A stretch of DNA of 64,000 nucleotides from Sphagnum compactum (Eukaryota). Each line of letters starts with the position of its first letter. Position 1 is the stretch's first letter. Position numbers and translations under genes: made by a program. The stretch covers positions 36,570,213 through 36,634,212 of the forward strand of contig OZ234493.1 of the NCBI GenBank assembly GCA_965153455.1, given 5' to 3'. This document shows, piece after piece, positions 52,701-64,000 of this stretch. Under the pieces are notes generated by a model. That model ran no database searches. It was not told the DNA's origin and worked only from the letters and a program-made list of their open reading frames with translations.

Positions 52701-53200
52701 GAAAGACCATTTGCAAAAAAATTGGCATGCATTGGAATGTTAACTTGAAGGAATCAAATGAAAGTTCAAGGTCCTAGTCTAGTTCATAATTTTTCAAAAA
52801 AACCGAAAAACAATTGTCTAATTCAAGATACAAAGTGGTGAAAACTGAGGTGGTCTTGGAAAACATGGGTGCAAGAGAAAATGGTGCCAATACACATGTT
52901 ACCTCGAGAAAATTCTCCTACACGTCCAAGGACTAAACTATGGAAAAGGTGTTTATGAGTTTGAGGATCATGTTGGGTAGGAAATATTAAATTTGAACTT
53001 GTTATTAAAGTTTGGACCCGTAAAAAAAATTCCTCGTGCAAGTTTTCCTAATCGCTTGCTAAAAAACGTTTGAGTTAGATCCTCATTTCTTTATGTTCAC
53101 TAGCCCCTCCTCAAGGGGACAAAGTAAAACACCACTAGGGTAATAGAAAGAGCAAATGCCAAGCTACAACATCATAAAGGTTTTATGCCAACTTATTAAG
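49800..53200 (-). mobile_element. Degenerate non-LTR retrotransposon with a C-terminal restriction-like endonuclease (CRE/SLACS-like)
   Basis: RT remnants LLAMTKPLGGVCPLIIRE and GTHQGDHLLGALFTLAH...FPSIANNIHFIGP (QGDPL and YADD equivalents). CCHC finger plus HD: LRLGLPHP...RCVC..IDLMDIHLLRC.HG.E...THDAI. C-terminal FLPLAIEIF...QRISITLQR. Confidence 0.75.
50111..50938 (-). mobile_element. LTR (same superfamily as 3484-4300) nested in the non-LTR relic
   Basis: The minus strand starts TATTGCAACCTTAACCTTGGG and shares blocks with the 3.5-kb LTR (gggtcaaaaca, gttggaaag.t.tc.acaag.gctacaa, cccctctac). No intact TSD seen. Confidence 0.7.
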
Positions 53201-55599
53201 TGGAAAATGAAATGCCACTTATACATCAACATCGCAAAATGGTAGGGGTGTGGTTGTATAATCAAGGATGACAAAAACGAAAATGGAAGGACCCAAGGAC
53301 ATCTTACGCCAAAACCTAAGCCTAGGCTAATGCAGGCGGATTGGGAGTAAAGGAAGGTATTAGGCCAAGATGGTTATGTATGTTTGAATTAAATGGATTA
53401 ACAAGAACACTAGTGATAGGTTAACCCTTGAAAGGTAAATTGACACCCACAAAGTGGGGTAAAAGGCTTTAGGTGGAGGTTGTAATTGTGTTGGGAGGAT
53501 GGGGGTAGGTTGGGGGGTTTGATCATGGGCAACTATAGGGGCTGACAGAATGGATGTGCATCCTCCAAGGGGACTGGGAAAATGTTGGGTTGGGGTTCCA
53601 CATCTACATGAAGGGTTGGGGGTCGGTAGGGGGAGCTAGTGGGCATGGTGCATGGTTTGTTAAAATGGTGTGGGGAATTGGTGGGTGATGCATGGTTTGC
53701 ATAGGGTAAGGGGTGGAAAATGGGGTTGTGGTGGTGTATGAAAAAACAAATGGGTGGTGTGAACTACGAGGTTCATTGAGACATGATGAATTAAAGGACA
53801 TGGGACATTTTGTGCCCATGAGGAAAGAGGTTTATTAGGAATGCAATTACAAATAGGCCCCACTTCCTAAATACTACATATTTCAACTTGGTAATCTTAA
53901 ACCTATAAAACCAACCACATAAAACTAAGCAGATTAAAAGGAAAAATATAAAAATTGTCACAAATAAACAAGTTTTATTTCAAAGGATAGTTGAACCCTA
54001 ACTTTGTCATAACTCTAGACATTATCATCCCTACTTTACTATGTTTAACATAACTTATACACTTTTGAAAACTATTGTGCAAAGATTAGGGGCCCATAAA
54101 CTTTTAATCTTTTAACCTTTGGATAGCTACCCAACTAGAGCAACACCCAATTTCAATAATACAAAAACACCCTTGACTCAATGCTTTGTTCAAAAGAAAA
54201 TCCTAGAAAACATATGATTGGTCAATAACTAGCCATTATGTATTCACACATTCAAAAACTTTCTAAGCTTGACAAAAATGTAACCAACATGTCATACTAC
54301 ATCATCTTACTTTATAACAAATGAGGTGGCAATTCTAATGTTTTCTATTCAACAATGTATTAATGTGCATTACATGTATTTGCCATTATTGTATCAATAT
54401 ATGAGTTTCATTGTGGGTATATAATATTGGTATGAATATTAGGACTCAAGAATGTATTGATCAAATAACTTGTGTAGATTTGTTAGTTTATTCATTATCT
54501 TGCATTATCACCATTGTTTTAATCTCACCCCAAAGTTCTTGTACACCCTTGTAACTCCAAGTACATGGAACTAGGCTACAAACAAGTTAGTTGGAACTAT
54601 TATAAGTTTAATAAATGATTTATGTTTCATGTTTTTGAATCAAAAATTAATTTCAATGTGAAAAGTGGTCAATGTATTTGCATAAGTATGTTATTAAAAT
54701 AGTATGAAACATGTGGTATGATTTTGAATGAATTTAATAAGGATAGAATATCAAAAGCATTCATTAATCATTGTAATGCATGCTTTTGAACATTGCAAAT
54801 ACTTGTTTTTTGGGGGGAGATTCTTAAAACGTGACATATTTTAAGGGAATTTTTTGAAACATATACAATATACATAATAGTACAATGAAACGTCTTTTTT
54901 TAAGTCATAATAAATTTTTAAAACTTTTATACAAATATTTTAAGAATATTCCTTCTAAAATGCTTACCCAAATGGCAAGTGTAATTCCTATTAGCTTGTT
55001 TACACTTACTTGGGAACACACACTTAATTGCATTTTGTCGTAACTATGGTAATAATAAGGTATTCAAAAATAATAATTTGAGGATGGTTCATATGAAACC
55101 ATAAATGGAAGCTTCTTTGACTCAGGTCCTTCAAAAAATATAAATAAAGGTAATTCTCTTCATTACCATTAATTTGTTTATCACCAATTTGAAGTACAAC
55201 CTTATGCTTTCAACTTATTAGTTTATTTCTTGTTTATAATCATTCCATGTTTTAAATACAATTTCATTTATGTACTTTTAATGCATATTTTATGATCATT
55301 TTTTGGGTTGTCGTGATGTGCAATCTTGATTTAAAATTAGGGTTTATTTTTGCTATAATTTGTCCTAGTTCTTATGCAATATGGGGATTATTATGATGCA
55401 CCCTAGGTATGTCAAATGTTATCAAAGGTAAAAAATCCTTACCAATATCTGATTTTACAATGAGACACAAACCTAAGGTGTGTTCTTTAACTCCCACAAG
55501 GAAAGAAGGTGTGAAATTATCACAAACTCAAGTAAAGGAATTCAAAATGAAATTGATTTGCATAAATTAAGAAATAGGACAATTTATTGTAAATTGGAA

Positions 55600-56687
55600 C
55601 CAAATTAGTGCATGGATTAAATCACAAGAGACATAAACTCACGTGACTCATCATGATATGAACTTGGGAAAAGTCATTGTGTAGCACAAACTTGGGAAAA
55701 ATCACCACAATGCAAATTTAAGAAAAGTTTCCATGACAAAAACTTGAGAATTTTTATATAGGATAATTTATAAATGGTGATGGGGACTATAATAAAGTGA
55801 CAAATTTTCTCAAGATTCAAGATGCGTAAATGAAAGTTCTAATATTTTCAAATTACCAAAATATGAATCTTGTTATTTTTCTTGTTCATAACTCCTACAC
55901 ATGGACTCCAATTCAAAAGTTGTTAACAGAAAAGTTATAACCTTTGAATATACCTTTTCAAGAAGGTATCACATTCTTCAATTGTGATTTGACTCTTTTG
56001 TTGAACATTTTAGTGGTCGAGAATCAAACTACCAATTTGATTCCAAACAATTTATTTGGCTATAATTTGTATTTCAAATTTTCAAATAAGGAATGCGACC
56101 CCATTTTAAATATCCAAACTACCATAATACATGAACGATTTTGGCATACACTAAATTATTTCTTATTTTTCCAAATGTTTGAAAATTTATTTATTACCTA
56201 TGTCCAAATTTTAATAATTATTATTAAATTAAATATCAAAATATTCACATGTTTCAGACCTGCCAATTCTTGAATTTAAAAATGTGATAGTCTATACACA
56301 CCTAAACTGTCCCACAATGACACCAAAATTGTGTTCATTATTTGTTGTAAACATTACCTACCAAAATTTCAAGATGAAAAAACCAATTGTTGAAGTTAAG
56401 ATTTGAGATTTAATTAATTATTCAACAATTTGTTGCCAAATCCATTCAAGTACTATGATATTTAGAACCTTCTAATGCTTTAAAAAAGGCCCAATTTGGG
56501 TTTCAAAAGTTCAAACACCTTAGGACTTTAATTCCCAAAATGATTATCACTTTGGGAGTCTTTGGGATTCATTCCTTTACATTTTGCCACACTTATGGTA
56601 ATGTAACCATGTCTTGAAACACTTGCTTGACTTGCTTCCCTTGTCATGTTTAGTTTTGGTCATGAGTTGAAGGTTAGGATCACAACA
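55600..56687 (-). mobile_element. Highly decayed LTR relic of the same superfamily
   Basis: AT-shifted matches to the 50.1-50.9 kb LTR (actcacgtgactcatcat..aacttgggaaaa; ggactttaattcccaaaatg..cactttgggagt..gggattcattcc; aaggttaggatcacaaca). Confidence 0.45.
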
Positions 56688-58299
56688 TTTTGGTTATGGT
56701 AGTTTTTGTGCCCATGATAATTTGAACAAATTCATTGTTAGTCATACATCTATTATTATTGTTTAGGTGTCATGTTTATGTTAAGAAATAGTTGTGTCCA
56801 TGGAAAAAAATGGTTGCTTTTAAACATATGTAATAAGAAAATTAGGCACTTTGTGAATCCATTATTCATCTATAAGTAATCAAATTTCAACATCATTATT
56901 GTGTGTTTTTACAACATAACCCCAAGCGAAGGAGCTAAAAAGGAATAACAAATTAGTCTTTTTTTAACAAGTTTGATGAAACATGTTCAAAGTTTTGAGG
57001 AATCATGAATCAAATATGTTCGCTCATAATATTCCATGGTCATTATTATTTCAATGGACCAATTTGAAGCCAGTTGGTCCTCTTCCATGATTTGCTACCA
57101 CAGTCAAGCCACGAGGAGATTTTTGGGCTTATGCATGTTCAAAGACCTAGTAGCAACCCCTTCCAATTTCACAACAACATCCTTGTCCATTGTTGCAATG
57201 TGGGCCTTTGTAATCAACCTCCAAACTCATAGGTACAACCTTTCGCTTTGCCACAATCCCCCAACAAAGTTTGTGTCCAAACTTATTGTTTGTGATGTTT
57301 TCATTAGTAGGATAGAATTTGAAATATAATTATTTAGCTCACATCTTCACCTTAGATTCAAGATTAGGGTTGTTTGATCTATAGCCATTGGCCTTCTTAG
57401 GGCCAAACACAATTGCAACCTCATCAAGTGTGATATGCCCATCTTCAACCAATTTTTTAGGCTTTATTCCAAATTTGGGCAATTTCATGACCATAGTCCA
57501 ATATGTCATATCATGATTGTCATAATCTACATCTTTTTGTTTGAGCTTCCTGCAAGCTCCATAGGAGTTTAAGACCATTTTGGCCAAACAAATAACCCTA
57601 AAACCTAAACTTGCAACAAGACCACCAACAACCTTGTTAATGCAAGTATAAGGAGCCCATAATCAAGAGTTCCCAAAAATAAGAAATAATGCAAGAAAGG
57701 TAAGAGATTTTTTTGCAGACAAACTGATACTTCAAAATCTTAAAACAAGGTGAACAATGTCAAATGTAGGATTAAGCTCCACAAAGTTAAAACAAACCAC
57801 CTAGATTTACCTATACTTGTATGATTCTACGTGTGTTGAGAAGAATAAGTGAGTCGTAATTATACACACCTTCCAACAAAAAAACCCAGTGGGTCTCCTT
57901 CTTCAACCACAAAGAAATAGACACATTGTCTTTATAAGCAAAATTTTGTGTTAGCACTAATGTGTGCAAAGGATATTGAACTATGTTATGACCACAATTG
58001 TATGCATAAAATTGTTCTTCAATAATTATACTGCCTAGAAATATATATGTGTCAAACAAATGAAAAGGAAAGTGGTAGATACAAAATTCCTAATCTATAT
58101 TTTAGTTTAAATTTGGACTAAAACATATCATGAAGCTAATATGCTCTTCTTCCATGCTCTTCTTCCATACTCTTCAAAAAATCAATGTTCTACTATGATG
58201 TCTTATCTTGCTAAAAATTATCACCTTAAAATAGTCCTATGATCAATTCAAATTGAAATGGTGATGAAAATTATGTAAACTAGCTAGTAAATCCTAGGA

Positions 58300-61020
58300 A
58301 CATAATTAGGTAAGTAAGTATTAACTAATTAACTAACTATTTACAATGAGTATTTACTCCCTTAACATTACCCCACCCATACTTTGAATTACATCCCGGA
58401 ATTCTAGATCAATGTTGTTAAGAAAGGTGAATCAATTTATTGTTTCTAAGCATGTGGGTTAGAAATCTGATGTTGATCTTCCTATACTATAGTCTGATCT
58501 ATTTATGCCTATTGTACTTTAGATTGAATCAAAAGTTGATTTTTTGTTGTGTTTAGAATCTATTGTTGTGCTTCTTGTACCTCTATTTACAACTATGCAT
58601 TTGTTTGCTGATTTGTTGTTATCTATTCTTGTGATTGCAACTATGATGTGAATTGTATTTATTGTTATGACTACAAATCTGATGTGATTTGAGTCTACTC
58701 TTGTTGTTGCAATTTTGATGTTGGATCAATATAATCTTCCTGTACTTTCTCATTTATGTGTTCCTTAGTTTGTATCTGCTTTCATATTTTTGTAGTTGTA
58801 GATCCATACTCCTGGGAACTAACCTCCTATGGAATAGATTCTAATGGTTCTAGACTATGTTCTGATACATATTTCATACCTCGAGCTTCCTTTTAGGAAC
58901 CATCCCTTCCTCCTCTGAAGTATGTTGGTTCCTTGTCTGTTGTTCTTATCTTTGATGGTCCTACACCATTAGTTTGTCCTCTTTCTTTTTCCTCATCTGA
59001 AGTTTTTGGTTCTAGAGTCAAGACCAGAGGTTCATACTTGAATAATGGTATGACCTTTTCCATCTGGGATATCTTATGCATGTAGAGCTTTTCATTTCTC
59101 TCATACATTTTACAAACATTTCCTATATCCTTCTGGATTATATCATATACTCTATACCACCAAAAATCTGCATTTTTCTCTTCCATAGTCAATGCTTTGA
59201 GTTTTACCTGAAGCGAACTATGCTGCTTCTTGAGTTCATTATTCTTTATAAAGACATTGTCATAGTTGAAGGGTTTGATTTCCTTGGCCTGCTCCAAAAC
59301 CTACTACAACATTTCATTAAGAGTCATCTGCCTTTGCAAGTTTTATTTCTACCTACTCAGATTGCTTCTGTATTTCATTTTTAGATTAATATACATTACC
59401 AATATTTCCTCTAAGCCACTCTAGCTCCTTTTGTTGTTTCAAAAAAGTATGTTCCATATTCCTATAATCTCTTTGAAGTTTATTATGTTCCACACTTAGA
59501 GAATCCTTCTCTGATTTAAGCTTCTAGTAATTGGCATCCATCTACATTAAAGTTGTTTATAAATAATCCTTCTCGACTCTAATCTTCTTTAGATTTTTAT
59601 TGTGTTTTTCCATGTTGTTGATCTTCTATTTGGTTGTTTGTAATTTTGCTAATACTTCATTATTTTCATTTTGCTTCACTTGTAATTCGGCTTTGAGCTT
59701 TTGCTCCTTCTCCAAAGCTCCCTACAAGTTTTGAACAGATTTTTTAATTTTTTTTCTGTGATCTATTTATTTTTTACTTCTAGATTAGAAAGTATAAGCA
59801 GAATGTTGGTCATCTATGTACTCTATTATGTTGCTTGTTGAAACATAATGGCAACTTTCCTATGTTCACCTAGCTTTGCTTCTAATCCTGTTACAGACCC
59901 TGGTATATGAAATCTAGGAGTCTATCCCTTGAAACTAGTATATGAAGATCTTAAACTTTTGTGTGAAGTTCAGATATCTCCAAAAAATGTTTGTTCTTGT
60001 AATAGAACTTGGTCTTGAAGGTAGGATACCTTCATAATTTTATTGTATTGGAGCAAGTTGTTGTACATCAGGCAGATTTAGTTCTACCTATTAAATCTAC
60101 TCCTCTACTTCCTCCTGAGCTTGAGATTGTGGCTCTCTTTTTGGGCCATCTTTGCTACTCATGCCCATCTGATTTCTTGTCTTGCTTTGGAGAGATCTGT
60201 GGTTTTATGTTTGACCTAGGAAAACATTGATTTCTCCTTTGGTTTCTGTTGTTGTTATTGTTGTTTTTTCAACAACTTTGTTGCCTGTTGAAGGGTTAAC
60301 ACTACCCTTCGTTGTGGACTCTTCATATCTTTTCTACCTCTTCAACAAAATTTCCCTTTCATCATCATCATTATATTAGGACATTAAAACTGTTTTATTG
60401 GTTGTCCTTGTTTCTGGTTCTTTCTCCTTTTTAAGAAAAACATGTGCAAGGTTTAGAGGTCTCTTGTTTTTTTTTAACATCTCTCTCAAAATCTTTTCCT
60501 TCTCTTCTCCTCCCATGGTTACTCAATCTGTTTTTTCTTCTCACCATTTCTTAAACACAACTTTTAAAACAATAACAAAATGGCATACATCCTTTTTGGG
60601 CTCTCTCTTAGTATTTCCTTCAACCATGTTCTTTTGATAGTTGTCCCATTTGATCAACTTTTTGACCAACTAAGAATACATGATTGTAGTTTAATTCATA
60701 GATTCTCCATGATCTACTTTGGAGATCATCATGGCATATTTGTTGTTAAAGTACTACACTTTATCTTTCTGATAGATAATGTGCAGAATTATAACAATCT
60801 TCTTAACATACTTTGCTTTCATTTTCTTAACAACCCATCTTTCATTGGTGTTGTAAGTATCTATAACCATGTCAGCTATGTATGCCAGAAGTACTCTAGC
60901 ATATGATTTTTTTCCTAATTTATTTGTTTCACCTGTATGGCAAATTTTTAGAACTTTTGCCAACAAATGTCTATCTATAATCTTTGTTCCTCTGCCATCA
61001 TAACTTTGATTATATTATGC
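58300..61020 (-). mobile_element. 3' internal region of an LTR retrotransposon: decayed extra ORF, polypurine tract and start of the 3' LTR
   Basis: On the minus strand a PPT-like GGGTGGGGTAA is followed directly by TGTTAAGGGAG (TG at 58367). Upstream are broken coiled-coil-like ORF pieces (58893-59297, 60754-60966) of no family I can name. Confidence 0.4.
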
Positions 61021-61034
61021 TTAAAATCTAGTTT

Positions 61035-61930
61035 CTAGTTGTTCATAAATCCTGTAGTAATTACATAGTCCGATGAAGCTCCTTAAAGTGTGAACATCAG
61101 TTTGATTGGGCATCTCCAAAATGGCTAATATTTTGACCCAATGAGCCATAATACCATTTGGCAAAATTCTGTGGCCAAGGTAGACTACTGAAGTGACAGC
61201 AAACTCACACTTTTTAGGATGGATCTTCATATTGACTTCGTGGAGCTTCTTGAATAACTTCTTAAGATGAGTCAAGTGCTGCAGAAGTCCCTTGCTATGC
61301 ATTAGGACGTCATCTATGTAGCACTTCAAGAAATTTGCCCCTTCGAGAACCTGGTTCATGACTCGTTGAAAGAAGACGTGCATTTTTCAATCCAAAAGGC
61401 ATCACAAGCCATTCCCCCAACTTGTTGCTTCCATGGAATGCCATTTTCTTGTGATCCTTCTTTGCGAACACAATCTGGTTGAAATTTTGCCTTAGATCCA
61501 CAATTGTGAAGATGTTTGAGTCTCCAATGCTATTAAACAATTCTTCAGGGATGGGCATGGGGTACCTATCCTGAGGTGTAACTAGGTTCAAAGGCCTATA
61601 ATCCCCGCACATCCTTTTTTCAGTCCATAATCCAGTTGAATCCTTCTTTGCTGGCATTACTGTAGCGCCTACGAAATCAGAACTTAATGGCTAAATGAGA
61701 TCAGCCTCATGGAGCTTTTTGCATCTTTCATCTACCAGTTCCCACTCATGTTTGCCCAACCTATGCCTCCTCTGATAGATGGGTGCCTCATCTGTAAGGT
61801 CTATAGAGAATTGCATGGTCTTACACCTACCTAAGTCTTTCATTAAGAATGCGAACACATTCTCATATTTAATTAACAAGTCCGTGACCTGGTTTCTCTC
61901 CTTCTTGGTGAGTTGGTTCCCCATAACAAA
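61035..61930 (-). mobile_element. Ty3/gypsy reverse transcriptase (frameshifted, truncated before RNase H and integrase)
   Basis: IDLTDEAPIYQRRHRL..E, EKRMCGDYRPLNLVTPQDRYPMP, VDLRQNFNQI, WLVMPFGLKNA, CYIDDVLMHS, KIHPKKCEF...YLGH, LRSFIGLCNYYR. Confidence 0.93.
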
Positions 61931-62229
61931 AGGGTAGTTCGAAACACATGGAATGGGATTGGAAAGTGTGTTTGAAGAACCTGGTGTATTGGGATCTCCA
62001 CTATCCAACCGCGCAGATTTGTAGAAGGTTGTAATTGTTTATCCAGAAATTGATGTACCTCTAGGTGTATTAGAAAGAACTTGAATCAAGTTACATGGTA
62101 CCTCCTCCCCCCAACACTAAAAGTGAAGTGTAGAGTGTTGAAGATAGGCAAGTGTACTTGGTCGTGGTGACATGTAGTCGCATCGCCAGAATTGCAAGCT
62201 GATTGAATCAATGCTAGTGTTGTGTACAT

Positions 62230-63205
62230 TTGAAAAAGTACACAGGTTACCAACAACCATGTAAGGGAGTTCAAGTCCATGCCTCTCCCCAGTAGAGCGT
62301 TACGCTCCAATCTAGTCACCTTAATGTGACTAGTAGTGCCAATTTGGAACCCCATAGCCCTTTCTCTTTCTTCTGGGCTTGGTTCATCCCAAGCGGTTCA
62401 AGCATGACGATACACTATGCCTGGTCCATCTTCCTAAAAGGCGTGTGTTCCTAGGAAGGAGACAAATGTGGGCCAAGCATTTATTGGTTTTCCTATTGTG
62501 TTAATAGGAAACCAAGGAGGTTTCTTTTGTGTTGTAATTGGTTGGCAGGAGCTTTGATCATCCAATATGTGAGAAACTTACAGGTTGGGGTCTCTGATGG
62601 TGTATCTCAAAGCCAACTGCAGAACTGAGAATGGTGCAAAGTTGGTCCACCAGTTGCGCAGCTAGTGCGCATAGGAACCACATTGTGCCGCATCAAGTAG
62701 GAGCGGCTCTCCAAGGTAATGCTTGACTAGCATGTAGTGTTCCTGGACTTTCTGCCTCTCGTCAAGCTGATAAGGGGTGTTCTCAATTACATAACCAAGT
62801 GTAGGAGAAATGGATTGAGCCTAGATGATCAATCAAACCATGTCCATGAAGAGACCGGATCTTGTATCACTCAAGCCTTTTCTGCTAAAACCCTAAATCC
62901 AACTGCTGAAAATCCTTGACACTCTCAACTTGAAATGATGAGGTCCACGGGGCCAAGTAATTCCATATGCTTCTTCTGAATTAGTTGTAGGTTAGAAGGC
63001 AAGAAAGTGAAACTGGCCTTCCATGCGGTGGTTGCAAACTATTGTAGAAATCTGGATGTGAGCTCCATCATTCTTGATGCCGCCATTTGCCTTACAATAG
63101 GATCAATGTCTACATAGAAATACCTCCGAACCACCATCCTTGACTGTAGTAGGGCTTCGAGACCTGTACCGATACCACCAAAAAGTTCAAGTAATATAAT
63201 CCCCT
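62230..63205 (-). pseudogene. DNMT3-like C5-cytosine DNA methyltransferase domain within a gypsy polyprotein (in-frame stops, one frameshift near 62880-62895)
   Basis: Manual translation gives motif I ILLELFGGIGTGLEAL (LELFGGIGTG at 63191-63162), YFYVDID, motif IV GPVDLIISS*ECQGFS (Cys 62921-62919), KGLSDTRSGLF, motif VI YVIENT (EN 62784-62779), motif VIII EPLLLDAAQCGSYAH*LRNWWTN (~62710-62641) and motifs IX-X EERERAMGFQIGTT..VTRLERNALLGRGMD. Confidence 0.85.
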
Positions 63206-63411
63206 CCTTAGGCAGTGTCTAAGTGATTAGTTGACGAAATACTGGCTTAATTGGTTCGCCATGGCTCTCCATGTTTTCAAAACTAAACAGAGTTTTAACC
63301 ACGGGCTTATGGGCTGCTTCGAATCTCTATAAAACCTCTGGTCCATGTTGAATGTCAATAGGAACCACCCTCAAGCTTTCAGTAGCTTGGGTGTAAGTTG
63401 TTTCCTTTTTT

Positions 63412-63530
63412 AAGCACCCACAAGCTCCTTAATAGACTCAAATGTGAGTCTAAACTGAAAACAGCAGAAGAGCAAAGAGTCGAGGCACGCTCCCTGGCTT
63501 GCAACTCTTTGGGGGGGTAGAGGGCTGTGA
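63412..63530 (-). mobile_element. 3' fragment of an LTR related to 3484-4300, abutting the 5' end of the DNMT-containing frame
   Basis: Minus-strand ccctctacccc...gggagcgtgcc.cga.tc...ggagcttgtgggtgc matches the 3' end of the solo LTR (ccctctacccct...gggagcgtgccccgagtc...ggacttgggagcgc). Confidence 0.6.
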
Positions 63531-64000
63531 GCCATGGATTATAATACCACAAATTGTTAAGCTTTAGTTCCATATTTTTCCTTAGTATTAATGATTTGAA
63601 TCCTGATAAACCTCCAAATAATAATCATTAGGAGTTGGATTAGCCTTTGGATATTTCAGCGTAGAAGACTTTTTTGTTTAAATTGATGCAAGGTTTAGTT
63701 AGTTTTAGGACCTAGTAAACCTTTTTAAGGGCATTATCCTTTTATGTTGTAGAGAAAATAAAAGGGATGTAGAATTAGATGTGATTTATTAATATATTTG
63801 GAATACAAGCCCATAACTAACAATAGCATTTCGCCATGACAATATTAAGTTAGCTTGTAAAATAATCTTCAGGCACGAATGATGTACTGGAAAGATTTCT
63901 AAGATGTATTCCTAATACATCTTTATTTAGTTTTCACTTCTATCAGACGCTTAGATAAAATCAAAATCAAACTTAAGTATTAACATTTCCACCTGAGTGG

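Noticed and set aside
62230-63205. Interpreting the methyltransferase as a functional host DNMT3/DRM gene or a bacterial contaminant
   Set aside because: It is intronless, has many in-frame stops, runs into a gypsy RT and is embedded in plant repeats contiguous with spliced plant genes. Motif order is not DRM-permuted.

Overview
Eukaryotic plant genomic DNA with spliced genes. The repeat families and PPR-DYW style suggest a bryophyte, possibly Sphagnum (inference only). Host genes: two convergent heavy-metal-associated (HMA) domain genes flanking a tRNA-Ser(AGA), COX6A, a ~22-exon ABC1K/UbiB atypical kinase with a probable GC-AG intron, and a Sec14-nodulin (SFH-type) lipid transfer gene. Decayed or mobile DNA: a PPR-E-DYW pseudogene, a solo LTR with a perfect 5-bp TSD, a non-autonomous Helitron, MITEs, a pogo-like transposase relic, a CRE/SLACS-like non-LTR relic interrupted by an LTR, and a 58-bp telo-box tandem array. 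The main finding is largely missed by the ORF track. On the minus strand at ~62.2-63.2 kb lies a full-length but stop-riddled DNMT3-like C5-cytosine methyltransferase domain (motifs I, IV, VI, VIII, IX-X readable), directly upstream of and co-oriented with a Ty3/gypsy reverse transcriptase. This reads as a fossil retrotransposon that carried its own DNA methyltransferase. All splice models and translations were read by eye, so boundaries may be off by a few bases.
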